In this document: in pieces, positions 29,734-38,777 of the stretch
Numbering within the stretch: the stretch's first letter is position 1
How the letters are laid out: each line of letters starts with the position of its first letter
Assembly: GCA_039208735.1 (NCBI GenBank)
Contig: JBCCQY010000058.1
Span: 1 to 47,280, forward strand
From: Myxococcota bacterium
GTDB lineage: Bacteria > Myxococcota_A > UBA796 > GCA-2862545
Length of the DNA: 47,280 nt
Reading direction: 5' to 3'
Notes under the pieces: generated by a model
Seen by the model: only the letters and a program-made list of their open reading frames with translations
Told to the model about the DNA's origin: nothing
Databases searched by the model: none
Position numbers and translations under genes: made by a program

Positions 29734-30812
29734 GGAAGGTCCGAATGGACTTCGAGATGGGGAATCGAAAACCCCATTTCGGCCGGTGAAAACCGCTCCA
29801 GCCCAACCGGAATATCGTCGAGCTGACGGCGTAGCGCCGTGACGGCGCCGCGCAGCGCGGCATTTCGGGTCGATGGATCGTGGCCCGCATCGCTCGGGGG
29901 GGCCCAACCGACTTCGTGCGCGTCGAGCCAAGCCACAAGGTCAGCTGCCGCAGCGTCCGACGTCGCCGAGGCCATGGCGGCGAGGACCGCCCCGGCCCGT
30001 CGCGTGAGTTCGGATGCGTAGAGCTGCTCTTTGGTGTGGGCATCCCACACTTCGTAGACCCAGCTGTGAATGCCGGTTCGGCGGAGCACGCCTTTTGCGT
30101 CGCGGCTCATGTTCGCCTCGAGGGTCGGCCACACCTCGTCCCAGCGGAAATCCGCGAGGACCGTCGGAAGTCGACGCGACACCAGTACCCGAAGTCGAGG
30201 GAATGGAACGTCATAAACGCGCAGTTGTTCGCTTTCGCTAACCCCCGAACCTTCCGTCCAAGACGGCCCAGGAAACGCCCAACGATCGAGTTCAGGATTC
30301 TCCTGGATCGCAAGTTTCAAACTTGGATGCAGGCCCACATAGATCAGACGATCCGTCATGCCTGCTTGCAGCGATAGTGCGGTTTGCAATGCCGCGGAAA
30401 GCGGCTCATGCCCAACGTTGAGGCAGGCAACCAGGGGCAGCCGTTCGGGAAGCTGGTCTCGCAATTCTCGAACACGGTCATGAAGAGAGGCATGTACGGC
30501 ACTCGCCTCAACTTCGGACCAGATTTCGTCCAAGGCCTGGCCCTGATGTTCAAAACCGTGTGCGCGAAAACCGTAGTGCGATTCGGGTGGCGTCCCTGGC
30601 GGCTGTAAGGCGGGCAAAGCCCCTGTCAGGTGCTGCAGCTCAGTCCATCGCGGACCGGCCACCATCTCGCGAAGCGCCCGCAACGCGCGCGTGGTTCCCC
30701 ATACTTCGATACCCGCGATCGGCTGTCGTTCTTCGACCGACAACCACCATAACAATCGCATCAAAACGAGCGGGGACTCCCCGAGCACCAGAACGACGTA
30801 CACGCCCTGCAC
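29730..30812 (-). CDS. divergent NE0113/Csx14-type CARF-domain protein with C-terminal winged-HTH-like region
   Basis: Collinear with Cas_NE0113 blocks: LGESPLVL (G-x-SPQVV), IEVWGT (IHVITT), GQALDEIWS (G-x-x-L-x-DIR), RVRELR, ALSLQAGMTDRLIYV (ALSL-x-GR-x-x-DRL-x-HV) and VPFPRLR; GGAG RBS and GTG start. Confidence 0.68.
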   Translation of the reverse strand: MQGVYVVLVLGESPLVLMRLLWWLSVEERQPIAGIEVWGTTRALRALREMVAGPRWTELQHLTGALPALQPPGTPPESHYGFRAHGFEHQGQALDEIWSEVEASAVHASLHDRVRELRDQLPERLPLVACLNVGHEPLSAALQTALSLQAGMTDRLIYVGLHPSLKLAIQENPELDRWAFPGPSWTEGSGVSESEQLRVYDVPFPRLRVLVSRRLPTVLADFRWDEVWPTLEANMSRDAKGVLRRTGIHSWVYEVWDAHTKEQLYASELTRRAGAVLAAMASATSDAAAADLVAWLDAHEVGWAPPSDAGHDPSTRNAALRGAVTALRRQLDDIPVGLERFSPAEMGFSIPHLEVHSDLP

Positions 30813-31088
30813 AACGACTCCGGCTCAATTCTCTGACCCTAGTTCAGGTCACGGCGCCTTGGGCGCACGATGCACGGCCCCGCCACTGCACTGTGAACTT
30901 CCAGCGCTCGCAACCCATCAGAGCACCTTGCGAATTTGGTTGAAAATGAACCGAAGCAAAGCGCATTCGCGTTTAGGTCCGTTCCGGAGCCCTCCGATGA
31001 CTACACTGCTCTTGAATCACATGCTGTCCTGCGGTTGCGAGTGGGTGGCCTCCATCTTCGGCAACCCCAATTGGAGTCGAGCGCGCGC

Positions 31089-31943
31089 CTAGCCTTTCGT
31101 ATCGATGGGCTCGGTGACGGGAAGGAGCTGAATCGCCAATTGATAGATTCGGTACGGTCCATCCGCCTGCCGATCGTCAGCCATGGTGGCAAGATGCCCC
31201 ACAAGGGTGTTGAGACGCACTTTGAACTCGGGCACCTGGCCTGACGCAATGGCCATGGTCGCCGCAAGGACATGCTGCTCCTCTCCCCGGCGAGGGTCCA
31301 TCTGCCTCAACAATCCGGGGATTGCATCGCGGTGAAAGTGTGCGATCGCCCGTTTGGTGGTCTCGGGTTCCGAACGGAATCGAACCTCTCGAACCTCCAC
31401 TCGTCCGTCGCTCCGCCGTCGAAGGAAATCGAGTTCAAACAGGGTGTTGAGTGCATGCTCGGCCTGCTTGGGCTCGATCGACGGGCAGAGTTTCTTCGCA
31501 ATCCACTCTGGATCGTCACGAAAACCAGGGAGCGATGCAAGTTCACGAATCGCCGGCACATACCAGTGCTCGGCATAGCGAAACACCACGTCGTCGGACT
31601 CCCGCTCCGCCAAGCGCAGTTGCTGGAAGCGACTCCCCGAAACGATGGCTTCAAGCACTTCCACGCGCGTCTCAACATCACGAGCCGTCGAAAAATCGAC
31701 CAAAAGACCGAAATAATTGCGTTCTGCAGGCTTCAGGTTCATCGCCAACGCAAAGGCATCAATCGTGGCAATTCGCGGGCGACGAGAGCCGTTCAAAACG
31801 TTGGAGATGGCCGCCTTTGAACAACCACCGGCGTCCGCGAAGTCTTGGTAGGTGTAGTTTGGCTCTTGCCGTTTGCGTTCCTGGAGCCACTCGCGAAGAA
31901 ACGCACGGTAGTCCAAGTAGTTGAAAATGCTGGGTAAAGGCAT
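31089..31943 (-). CDS. TIGR02147 / DUF4423 family HTH protein
   Basis: SIFNYLDYRAFLREW, XRE-like HTH (FADAGGCSKAAISNVLNGSR), YF-LLV, WYVPAIREL, FH and IYQLAIQLLP. Confidence 0.88.
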   Translation of the reverse strand: MPLPSIFNYLDYRAFLREWLQERKRQEPNYTYQDFADAGGCSKAAISNVLNGSRRPRIATIDAFALAMNLKPAERNYFGLLVDFSTARDVETRVEVLEAIVSGSRFQQLRLAERESDDVVFRYAEHWYVPAIRELASLPGFRDDPEWIAKKLCPSIEPKQAEHALNTLFELDFLRRRSDGRVEVREVRFRSEPETTKRAIAHFHRDAIPGLLRQMDPRRGEEQHVLAATMAIASGQVPEFKVRLNTLVGHLATMADDRQADGPYRIYQLAIQLLPVTEPIDTKG

Positions 31944-32163
31944 ACCGCCTCACGCTCCTACGGTGGTTGCACCAAAGAGATCACCAGGTTCATGGCGGTC
32001 TCTACCCTAATCGCCCGCATCCTTCGCCGTTGCCGCAAAACGCGGACTCGAGCCACGACCAAGGTTCAACCCAGACAGACCATTCGCGTCATTTCAATGA
32101 TGGCAACGATCCACACGATGTCAGCGCGGGACATTGCGCCGCGCATCGCTTATGCGACGCCTT

Positions 32164-32673
32164 ATGCCGCCCGACGAACTCTTCCAACCGACCGTCGCTC
32201 GCACCCAACGGGCCCCAGGTACGCCGAACCCCTGGTATGTCACATCACAATTCTGGCTGGCGTTCTTCGGCGGAATCTTCGCTTTGTTCAGCATCGCGTG
32301 GCTGAACACCTACCGATTGGGCATGAACAACCACGAACGCGTCCGGGTTGTGTTGTGGACGGGGTTTGCCTTCCTCGCAGTGACCGGTGCATTGTGGGCC
32401 TATGTCGCTGCCTTCGAAGGTGTGGCGCCATCCATAACGGGGATTCGCATCGCGTATCGCGTGGGAGCCGTGGCGTTGTATGCCGCCCTTGCCCGCATTC
32501 AACGGTCGGCCTATCGCCGCTATGACTACCTCGTCAACAGTGAAGAATCTGCCTTTTCATCGCTCTGGATTCCCGGAATCGTCGCTGCCGTGGTCGCAGG
32601 TGTCCTGCAGGGCTTTGTGACCGTGGCCGTTCTGCTTCCGCTCTTCGCGCTGCCGTCCCCCGAGGCCCCATGA
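32164..32673 (+). CDS. 4-TM hypothetical membrane protein
   Basis: LFQPTV...PW...FWLAFFGG and four hydrophobic segments; ATGA overlap with the next gene. Confidence 0.7.
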   Translation: MPPDELFQPTVARTQRAPGTPNPWYVTSQFWLAFFGGIFALFSIAWLNTYRLGMNNHERVRVVLWTGFAFLAVTGALWAYVAAFEGVAPSITGIRIAYRVGAVALYAALARIQRSAYRRYDYLVNSEESAFSSLWIPGIVAAVVAGVLQGFVTVAVLLPLFALPSPEAP

Positions 32674-33545
32674 ATCCAGCCCTGCTTCAACAGCTGACGC
32701 TGGCCGAGCGCTATCTCGACATCGACCAGCCCGAACAGGCTGCAGACGTGCTGTCCGACTTGCCCATCGAGGCCCTCGAAGTCGAGCTGGCGTGGTGGAT
32801 GCGCGCGCTGGTCGCCAAGGAACTCGGCGGGCCCTCGGCCGCGATGGGGGTGCTCCGCGACGGGCTCGCGCGCTTTCCCCAAAGTGTGTCCTTGCTCCTC
32901 GTTTTGGCCGATGCCCAGGTCGAGAATCAAGACCTGGTGGGGGCCGAAGACACCCTGTTGCGGGCGTTGGCGGTCGACCCGGAGAACGTCGAGGCCCATT
33001 GTGATTACGCCCTCGTGTCGGCCCTCGCGGCCCATCCCGACAAGGCGAAGGCCCTGCTGGCCCGAGCCGCGGCCCTCGATCCCGAATCTGGAGACGTCTG
33101 GGTGGCTCGCTATCGACTGGCGTACTTGGCTGGTGATGATCGGAAGACGCGTCGGCTGACCCGCGACTTGGTGGCTCGCAGCGACGGCCAGGGCAAGGCC
33201 GTCGCCATGATGGGAATCGAGGCCATGAAGCAAGGCGACCACCGTGCCGCCTGGCGCTACCTGCGCAGGGCTACCGCATCGGACGCGTCCGTCGTGGAGA
33301 TGCTCGGCCGCGACGTTCTCCTCGAAGCCCGCGCGCTAAACCACCCCTTGCTCATCCCCATGTGGCCCATCGAACGCTTTGGCCCGGGCACCGTGTGGAT
33401 CGCGGCGGTCGTAGGCCTCTACGGGCTGCGAGCCGCGAACGTTGACGACACGCTCGTGCTCTACGCCTCGCTCGCGTTCATCGCTTACGCCGTGTACACG
33501 TGGGTCGCCCCCCCGTTTGTGCGCTGGCTCACTGGAGCTTCGTGA
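32670..33545 (+). CDS. TPR protein with C-terminal membrane anchor
   Basis: Repeated ALA-x-DPE TPR ends and two C-terminal TM helices; coupled on both sides (ATGA, TGATG). Confidence 0.85.
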   Translation: MNPALLQQLTLAERYLDIDQPEQAADVLSDLPIEALEVELAWWMRALVAKELGGPSAAMGVLRDGLARFPQSVSLLLVLADAQVENQDLVGAEDTLLRALAVDPENVEAHCDYALVSALAAHPDKAKALLARAAALDPESGDVWVARYRLAYLAGDDRKTRRLTRDLVARSDGQGKAVAMMGIEAMKQGDHRAAWRYLRRATASDASVVEMLGRDVLLEARALNHPLLIPMWPIERFGPGTVWIAAVVGLYGLRAANVDDTLVLYASLAFIAYAVYTWVAPPFVRWLTGAS

Positions 33546-34792
33546 TGACGCCCGACGACCCCCTCTTGGCGGGCCTCCTCCAAGCGCTTGAGGCGACCCC
33601 CGACAACCACGCCATTCGACTGCTCTTGGCCAAGCAGTATGCCGAACGCGAACAATGGGACGACGCGTTCGAGCAGGTGGCGCGACTGCTCGACGCAGAC
33701 GCGTTGCCGGGCGAAGACGCGGTGCAAGCGGGCGGTTGGGCCCTCGATGCAGGGCGGCTTCCTTTGGTGGAACGGTGTCTGTCGGCCGCTGAGCAGGCGG
33801 GACAAATCGATGGGGTGGCCAACCTCAGACAACGCATGCTGGCGGCGCAAGCCCAGTCGGGGGTCGTGGCCTTGCGCGTGGTGGGATCCGCGCCTCCCGC
33901 CCACGGCGCGGTCGAGTCAGAAACCCCGCTTAGTTTCAACGATGTGGGGGGTCTCGCCAAGGTAAAGAAGCTGCTCCATCGTCGAATCATCTTGCCCTTC
34001 ACGCGGCCGGGTCTGTTGGAACGCTACCGGAAACGTGCAGGAGGGGGCGTTCTGCTCTACGGCCCTCCGGGATGCGGCAAGACGCTGTTGGCCCGGGCCA
34101 CCGCTGGCGAGTGCCGTCTGCCGTTCTTCGTCGTGCGCATCGACCAGATTTTGTCGGCATTCATTGGGCAAAGTGAGCAGAACCTTCATGCAGCCTTCGA
34201 GCAAGCTCGAGCGTCCGCTCCCTGCGTGCTTTTCCTCGACGAGATCGACGCGCTGGGCTTCGCACGCAGCCGCATGCAGAGCGAACATACGCGGGGACTG
34301 GTCGATCAGCTGCTGCAGGAACTCGACAGCATCTCGGCCGACAACGAAAACCTGCTGGTCCTGGCGGCGACCAACGCCCCCTGGGATCTCGATGACGCCT
34401 TGCTCCGGCCGGGGCGCTTCGACCGTACGGTCTTCGTTCCGCCACCCGACGAGGCGGCCCGTGCCGAGATCTTGAAGATTCACCTGGCTGACCGGCCTGT
34501 TCAAGGCCTGTCACTCGACGCCATCGCACAGCGGACCGAACGGTTCTCGGGGGCGGACCTCGAAGCACTCGTCGAACGTGCCTACGACGAGGTCATCGAA
34601 GAGGCCCTCGCTTCGGATACCGAGCCCCCCGCGACGATGGAGCACTTCGAGACCGCCCTGGAAGACCAGCGCGCGTCAACGGGACCTTGGCTCGAGCGGG
34701 CGCGAAACTATGTCGAATTCGCCAACCGGGACGACCGATACGAAGACGTCGCCAAATACCTTGGTATCAAGCGCGGCTGGCGGCTCTTTTGA
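33545..34792 (+). CDS. classical-clade AAA+ ATPase with N-terminal TPR-like region
   Basis: FNDVGG, GPPGCGKT, LFLDEID, ATNAPWDLDDALLRPGRFDR and FSGADL motifs. Confidence 0.93.
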   Translation: MTPDDPLLAGLLQALEATPDNHAIRLLLAKQYAEREQWDDAFEQVARLLDADALPGEDAVQAGGWALDAGRLPLVERCLSAAEQAGQIDGVANLRQRMLAAQAQSGVVALRVVGSAPPAHGAVESETPLSFNDVGGLAKVKKLLHRRIILPFTRPGLLERYRKRAGGGVLLYGPPGCGKTLLARATAGECRLPFFVVRIDQILSAFIGQSEQNLHAAFEQARASAPCVLFLDEIDALGFARSRMQSEHTRGLVDQLLQELDSISADNENLLVLAATNAPWDLDDALLRPGRFDRTVFVPPPDEAARAEILKIHLADRPVQGLSLDAIAQRTERFSGADLEALVERAYDEVIEEALASDTEPPATMEHFETALEDQRASTGPWLERARNYVEFANRDDRYEDVAKYLGIKRGWRLF

Positions 34793-34801
34793 GGAGGCCT
34801 C

Positions 34802-35884
34802 ATGCTGGACCCGATCGAACGAAAGGTGATCGAGGATGGTTCTCGAGAAGCGTGGATGGTCTACGCCGACCGTCTGCTCGAGGAGGGAGCACCATGGGGG
34901 CCGGTGATCGCGGCTGCGTGCACGGGGACTCCTGACCACAACGCCCAGAAAGAAGCCATGCAAGCCATCTTCGGACGGGCGGTCGACGAAGCGGGATCCG
35001 TAGGATGGCAGTACGGGATGCTGGACACGCTCGTCGTCGATGCGCATGGTTGGGAGCACCAGGAAGAAACCGCGGTGCCCACCGTGATCCGTCGGGCGTT
35101 GACCCATCCGGCGGGCCGCTTCCTGCGGGTCCTCGACGTTGGCCTGCCACTGCCCGTTCATGACATCGATTGGCACTTCGACGACGTCATCAAGGCCATC
35201 GCCGAAACCGGGGTGCATCCACGGTTGGAGATGCTCGATTTGTCACGGGGCGCGGACCACATGGACCAGCCTTCCTGGAGACGGGTCGGCGATCTGTCGC
35301 CCATCTGGACGGTACTCCCGCGTCTCGGCACCCTCAAGGTGTTCGGTTCCGCGGGCAGCGATGGAGGCGTCCGGCTCGCGCTTGGTGACATCGAAGCGCC
35401 AAACCTGAATGTGCTCATCCTCGAATCGAGTGGCCTCGACAACCAGGCGGTCAAGGATCTTTGTCGGGCCCACTTGCCAAAGCTCGAGCACCTCGAACTG
35501 TGGTTCGGCATGGAAGACTACGGCAATTCTTGCACCCTCGACGACGTCGCCGCCTTGGTGGCTCACGCCGGGTTTCCCTCCTTGCGCCGGCTCGACCTCG
35601 ACAACTCCGAGTGGGAAGCCGACCTCGTCGACGTGGTGGCCAACAGCCGCCTGCTGCCAAAACTCGAGGAGCTGTCGATGTCGATGGGCATCTTCGGCGA
35701 GGGCCCCGTTCAACGCATCCTCGAGCGGGCGCAGGACTTTGCCCATCTCAAGCGGCTCTACCTCGATGAAAACGTCATCACGGACGACCAGATCGAGGCT
35801 CTCCGGACCGTCCTGCCCAACGTCTCGGTCGAAAATCAAAAGGAAGACGACGACGGCTGGGTATACGTCAGTTGCGGCGAGTAA
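34802..35884 (+). CDS. STM4015-like leucine-rich-repeat protein with TIGR02996-like N-terminus
   Basis: AWMVYADRLLEEGAPWG (TIGR02996-like), LPKLEHLELWFG-EDYG, FPSLRRL-L, LPKLEELSMSMG and C-terminal YVSCGE; GGAGG RBS. Confidence 0.85.
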   Translation: MLDPIERKVIEDGSREAWMVYADRLLEEGAPWGPVIAAACTGTPDHNAQKEAMQAIFGRAVDEAGSVGWQYGMLDTLVVDAHGWEHQEETAVPTVIRRALTHPAGRFLRVLDVGLPLPVHDIDWHFDDVIKAIAETGVHPRLEMLDLSRGADHMDQPSWRRVGDLSPIWTVLPRLGTLKVFGSAGSDGGVRLALGDIEAPNLNVLILESSGLDNQAVKDLCRAHLPKLEHLELWFGMEDYGNSCTLDDVAALVAHAGFPSLRRLDLDNSEWEADLVDVVANSRLLPKLEELSMSMGIFGEGPVQRILERAQDFAHLKRLYLDENVITDDQIEALRTVLPNVSVENQKEDDDGWVYVSCGE

Positions 35885-35922
35885 GCTCACCCAAACGCGC
35901 GCCTGACGGACCGGAGACCCCG

Positions 35923-36723
35923 TTGCGAGTCGCAGTGATCGGACACGTCGAGTGGGTTTCGTTCCATCGGATCGACCAACCCTTGCAGCCTGGCGCCATC
36001 GTTCGAGGCCGATCGTTGGCCGAAGAGGCGGCCGGCGGAGGTGCGGTCGCCGCGGTGGAACTCGCGCGGCTCACTGGGGCATGCACGCTCTTCACCGCAC
36101 TCGGACGAGACGCCATTGGACAAGCCATTCCCGGTGTTCTCGCGGCCCACGGCGTCGAAGTCCAGGCCGAGTGGCGTGACGAAGCTCACCGAACGGCCTC
36201 GACCTACCTTGATCCTGACGGGGAACGAACCATCGTCGTACATGGGCCCGCCCAGGCACCCTCACCGCACGCCATTGACATGAGCCCCTTCGATGCGGTG
36301 TACCTGTGCAAGGGAGATGCGGCCGTGGTGCGACGGGCTCGAGCGGCCCGGGTGGTGTGCGCAACGGCCCGGATCCTGCCGAGCCTGCAGGCGGCAGGGG
36401 TGACTATCGACGTGCTGGTGCACAGTGCCAACGACCCTTCCGAAGCCTTCCGCCGGGGCGATCTGGACCCCGAGCCCACGCTGGTCGCCACCACAGAAGG
36501 CGCGGCAGGTGGCCGATACATCACTCGAGATGGGCAATCCGGTCGATGGGCAGCCGCGGAACTCGAAGCCCCCATCCTCGACACCTACGGTGCCGGCGAC
36601 AGCTTTGCCGCTGCCCTGACCTTTGCCATCGCGCGTGGCGACCCACCTCCCGAGGCGCTCGCCTTCGCGGCGGGTCGGGGTGCTGCGGCGCTTCGTCGCC
36701 GGGGCGCTTATGGCGCGGCCTGA
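35923..36723 (+). CDS. PfkB-family carbohydrate kinase
   Basis: GGGAVAAV, LGRD, GERTIVV and DTYGAGDSFAAAL; TTG start after GGAG. Confidence 0.9.
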   Translation: MRVAVIGHVEWVSFHRIDQPLQPGAIVRGRSLAEEAAGGGAVAAVELARLTGACTLFTALGRDAIGQAIPGVLAAHGVEVQAEWRDEAHRTASTYLDPDGERTIVVHGPAQAPSPHAIDMSPFDAVYLCKGDAAVVRRARAARVVCATARILPSLQAAGVTIDVLVHSANDPSEAFRRGDLDPEPTLVATTEGAAGGRYITRDGQSGRWAAAELEAPILDTYGAGDSFAAALTFAIARGDPPPEALAFAAGRGAAALRRRGAYGAA

Positions 36724-36769
36724 CAACGCCGTATCAACCCCAGCAGACCGATAAACCCCAAGCCAGCCC

Positions 36770-37837
36770 CTACACGGCGCCCCGCATAAGGTCCCCTCGA
36801 ACTTTGGGCAGCCGATCGGGATGCGCCCGTTGAACAAAAGCCACCAGCTTTTCCCGAACGTCACAGCGCAGCTCCCAGGTATTGCCGGCATCCGCCGCGC
36901 TTACCAGCACACGCACCTGCAAACTCTGCTCCGTGGCGTCGGTCACCTGAACCTTCGCCACTCGACCGTCCCATAGGGGATGGCCCTCGACGATCCGTGA
37001 AAGTTCCTCGCGGAGCTCGTCTACGGGCAACCCGTAGTCCACGTAGAGGTACACCGGGCCAATCAGTTCGGAACTCGCCCGTGTCCAATTTTGAAATGGC
37101 TTTTCGATGAAGTACGTCAGAGGAAGCAGGAGCCGTCGTTGATCCCACAGGGCCACCACCACGAAAGTGCTGTGAATCTCTTCGATTCGGCCCCATTCCC
37201 CTTCCACCACCACCACATCATCAATGCGAATGGGAGCCGTGAGAGCCAATTGCAGTCCGGCGATGAGGTTCTCCAACACGGGCCGTGCGGCAAAGCCCAG
37301 CACGATCCCCGCAAGGCCGGCAGACGCAAGCAGACTGGCCCCGAGCTGTCGCACCTCGGGAAACGTCATCAGAACAAGACCGGTTCCCAAGATGACGATG
37401 AGAACCGAGGCCACCCGCCGCAGCACCCCGACCTGGGTCCGGATGCGCCTGGCGCGCAGGTTGTTGGGCACATCGATCGGATTCGCCTTGATGACCGCGG
37501 TCTCACCCGCCCGCGCGGCGGAAAGAGCCAGCCACATCATCACGAGAATCAAGCCCACGGTGAGGCCTTGCTGCAGACCGAGGGCCCACGTCTCGTTCTC
37601 GACGAGCCCGGGAACCGCCGCCCGCAACGCCAACATCAACACCACCCAGCGGGTGGGCTGCCGCAGGGCAACGATGAAGCGTTCGTCGCCCCCTCTGGCC
37701 AATCCAATGGCCCTTCGGAGCCCCCAAAAGAGCACGGCATGGCCCAGCCAGGCCAGCAAAAGCACACCGACGACCCAAATCGCGTCGTTTAGCCATCGAT
37801 CAAGTCCCGGCGGAATCGCCGGCCATTCAGGGAACAT
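36770..37837 (-). CDS. MscS-family mechanosensitive channel
   Basis: LLASAGLAGIVLGFAA...NLIAGLQ, PIRIDDVVVVEGEWGRIEEI and PFQNWTR. Confidence 0.92.
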   Translation of the reverse strand: MFPEWPAIPPGLDRWLNDAIWVVGVLLLAWLGHAVLFWGLRRAIGLARGGDERFIVALRQPTRWVVLMLALRAAVPGLVENETWALGLQQGLTVGLILVMMWLALSAARAGETAVIKANPIDVPNNLRARRIRTQVGVLRRVASVLIVILGTGLVLMTFPEVRQLGASLLASAGLAGIVLGFAARPVLENLIAGLQLALTAPIRIDDVVVVEGEWGRIEEIHSTFVVVALWDQRRLLLPLTYFIEKPFQNWTRASSELIGPVYLYVDYGLPVDELREELSRIVEGHPLWDGRVAKVQVTDATEQSLQVRVLVSAADAGNTWELRCDVREKLVAFVQRAHPDRLPKVRGDLMRGAV

Positions 37838-38078
37838 GGAGGCCTCGAGGTTGCTCAAGCGGAGCCGTAGGCTACCCCGACACGGATGCGGTGAGTTCAG
37901 CGAGGAGTGCGCCAAGTACGCGTCGAGGCGGTAAGGCTCCACTGATGCCCTCGATCTGCTTGGCCAAAAAGCGGAATCGCTGCTCGAAGAGGGTCTAGGA
38001 CCTGCGATCGGAACGCAATTTTGAAGATGCCCAATCCGCAGTCTCCCCCGTGAACGTGCAGACGGCTAACCCGAAACC

Positions 38079-38693
38079 CTACGGAATCGGTTTGCCAGGG
38101 GGGTCGTCACGGAGGGTTTGGATGAAGGCAACCACGTCCTTTACAGCCTGATCGTTGGTCAATGAGGCAACCATGGTGCGCATTTGAGTGCCCGGCCCAT
38201 CCGCATTGTCATTGCCTCGAATCCCCTGACGATAGGCCTGAAGCTGTCGAACCAAGTACCAGTCCTGGAGCGACGTGAGAGGGGGCGCGTCGGCCACGCC
38301 CGCTTTGCCAGGCTCACCATGGCAGGTCGCACACGCGGCATACAGAGCCTTGCCTGCCGTGACGTCCCCTTGTACCGTGACTGGCGGCTCGGGGGCGGGC
38401 AAGGTGGCAATCCACTCCGCCACCGCTCGGGTCGCTGACGGTGAGGGCAGGGTCTTCGCCATCGACTGCATTTGGTGACCCTTCGCATCGTCCGGATGGG
38501 ACCCCCGAAGGCCGGTTTGATAGTTCAGAAGCTGCCTCTCGACGTAGTCGGCGGGCAGCCCGGCAAGCGCCGGGGCCTCCGCCCAGTCGATGCCCTCCGC
38601 AGCGCGACCGTGGCACGACGCACACAGCGCATAGTGCACCGCTCCGTCGGCGGCGGAAGCAGTGAAGGCGAACCACACAGCGAGAATCGACAT
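38079..38693 (-). CDS. diheme cytochrome c (c4/c553-like)
   Basis: Signal peptide, CASCH and CATCH, each followed by AP-L...Y-x-x-RQL...RG...QM (distal Met). Confidence 0.92.
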   Translation of the reverse strand: MSILAVWFAFTASAADGAVHYALCASCHGRAAEGIDWAEAPALAGLPADYVERQLLNYQTGLRGSHPDDAKGHQMQSMAKTLPSPSATRAVAEWIATLPAPEPPVTVQGDVTAGKALYAACATCHGEPGKAGVADAPPLTSLQDWYLVRQLQAYRQGIRGNDNADGPGTQMRTMVASLTNDQAVKDVVAFIQTLRDDPPGKPIP

Positions 38694-38721
38694 GGACAGC
38701 TCCGCTACGGGGACTGCGCCC

Positions 38722-38762
38722 CTAGACAATGTCTAGTACCGACCAAACCTGACATTGTCAAG
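38722..38762. promoter_or_regulatory. two 15-bp palindromic operator-like sites upstream of cytochrome c
   Basis: CTAGACA-A-TGTCTAG (38722-38736) and CCTGACA-T-TGTCAAG (38748-38762). The second contains a minus-strand TTGACA. Confidence 0.72.
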
Positions 38763-38777
38763 TTGGAGGGAATGCCC

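Noticed and set aside
23596..30812. Type III-E Craspase or other type III CRISPR locus suggested by CHAT plus CARF
   Set aside because: No Cas7-11, Cas10, Csm/Cmr, cas1/2 or repeat-spacer array in the window.
30833..30847. CTGACC-CTA-GTTCAG near-palindrome upstream of the CARF gene as a myxobacterial LexA box
   Set aside because: The spacer is one base shorter than the Myxococcus-type box, one arm is mismatched and there is a single copy. It could still be an operator but cannot be supported.
30941..30950. TGAAAATGAA resembling the Fur-like arm
   Set aside because: Only a half-site, with no complementary arm.
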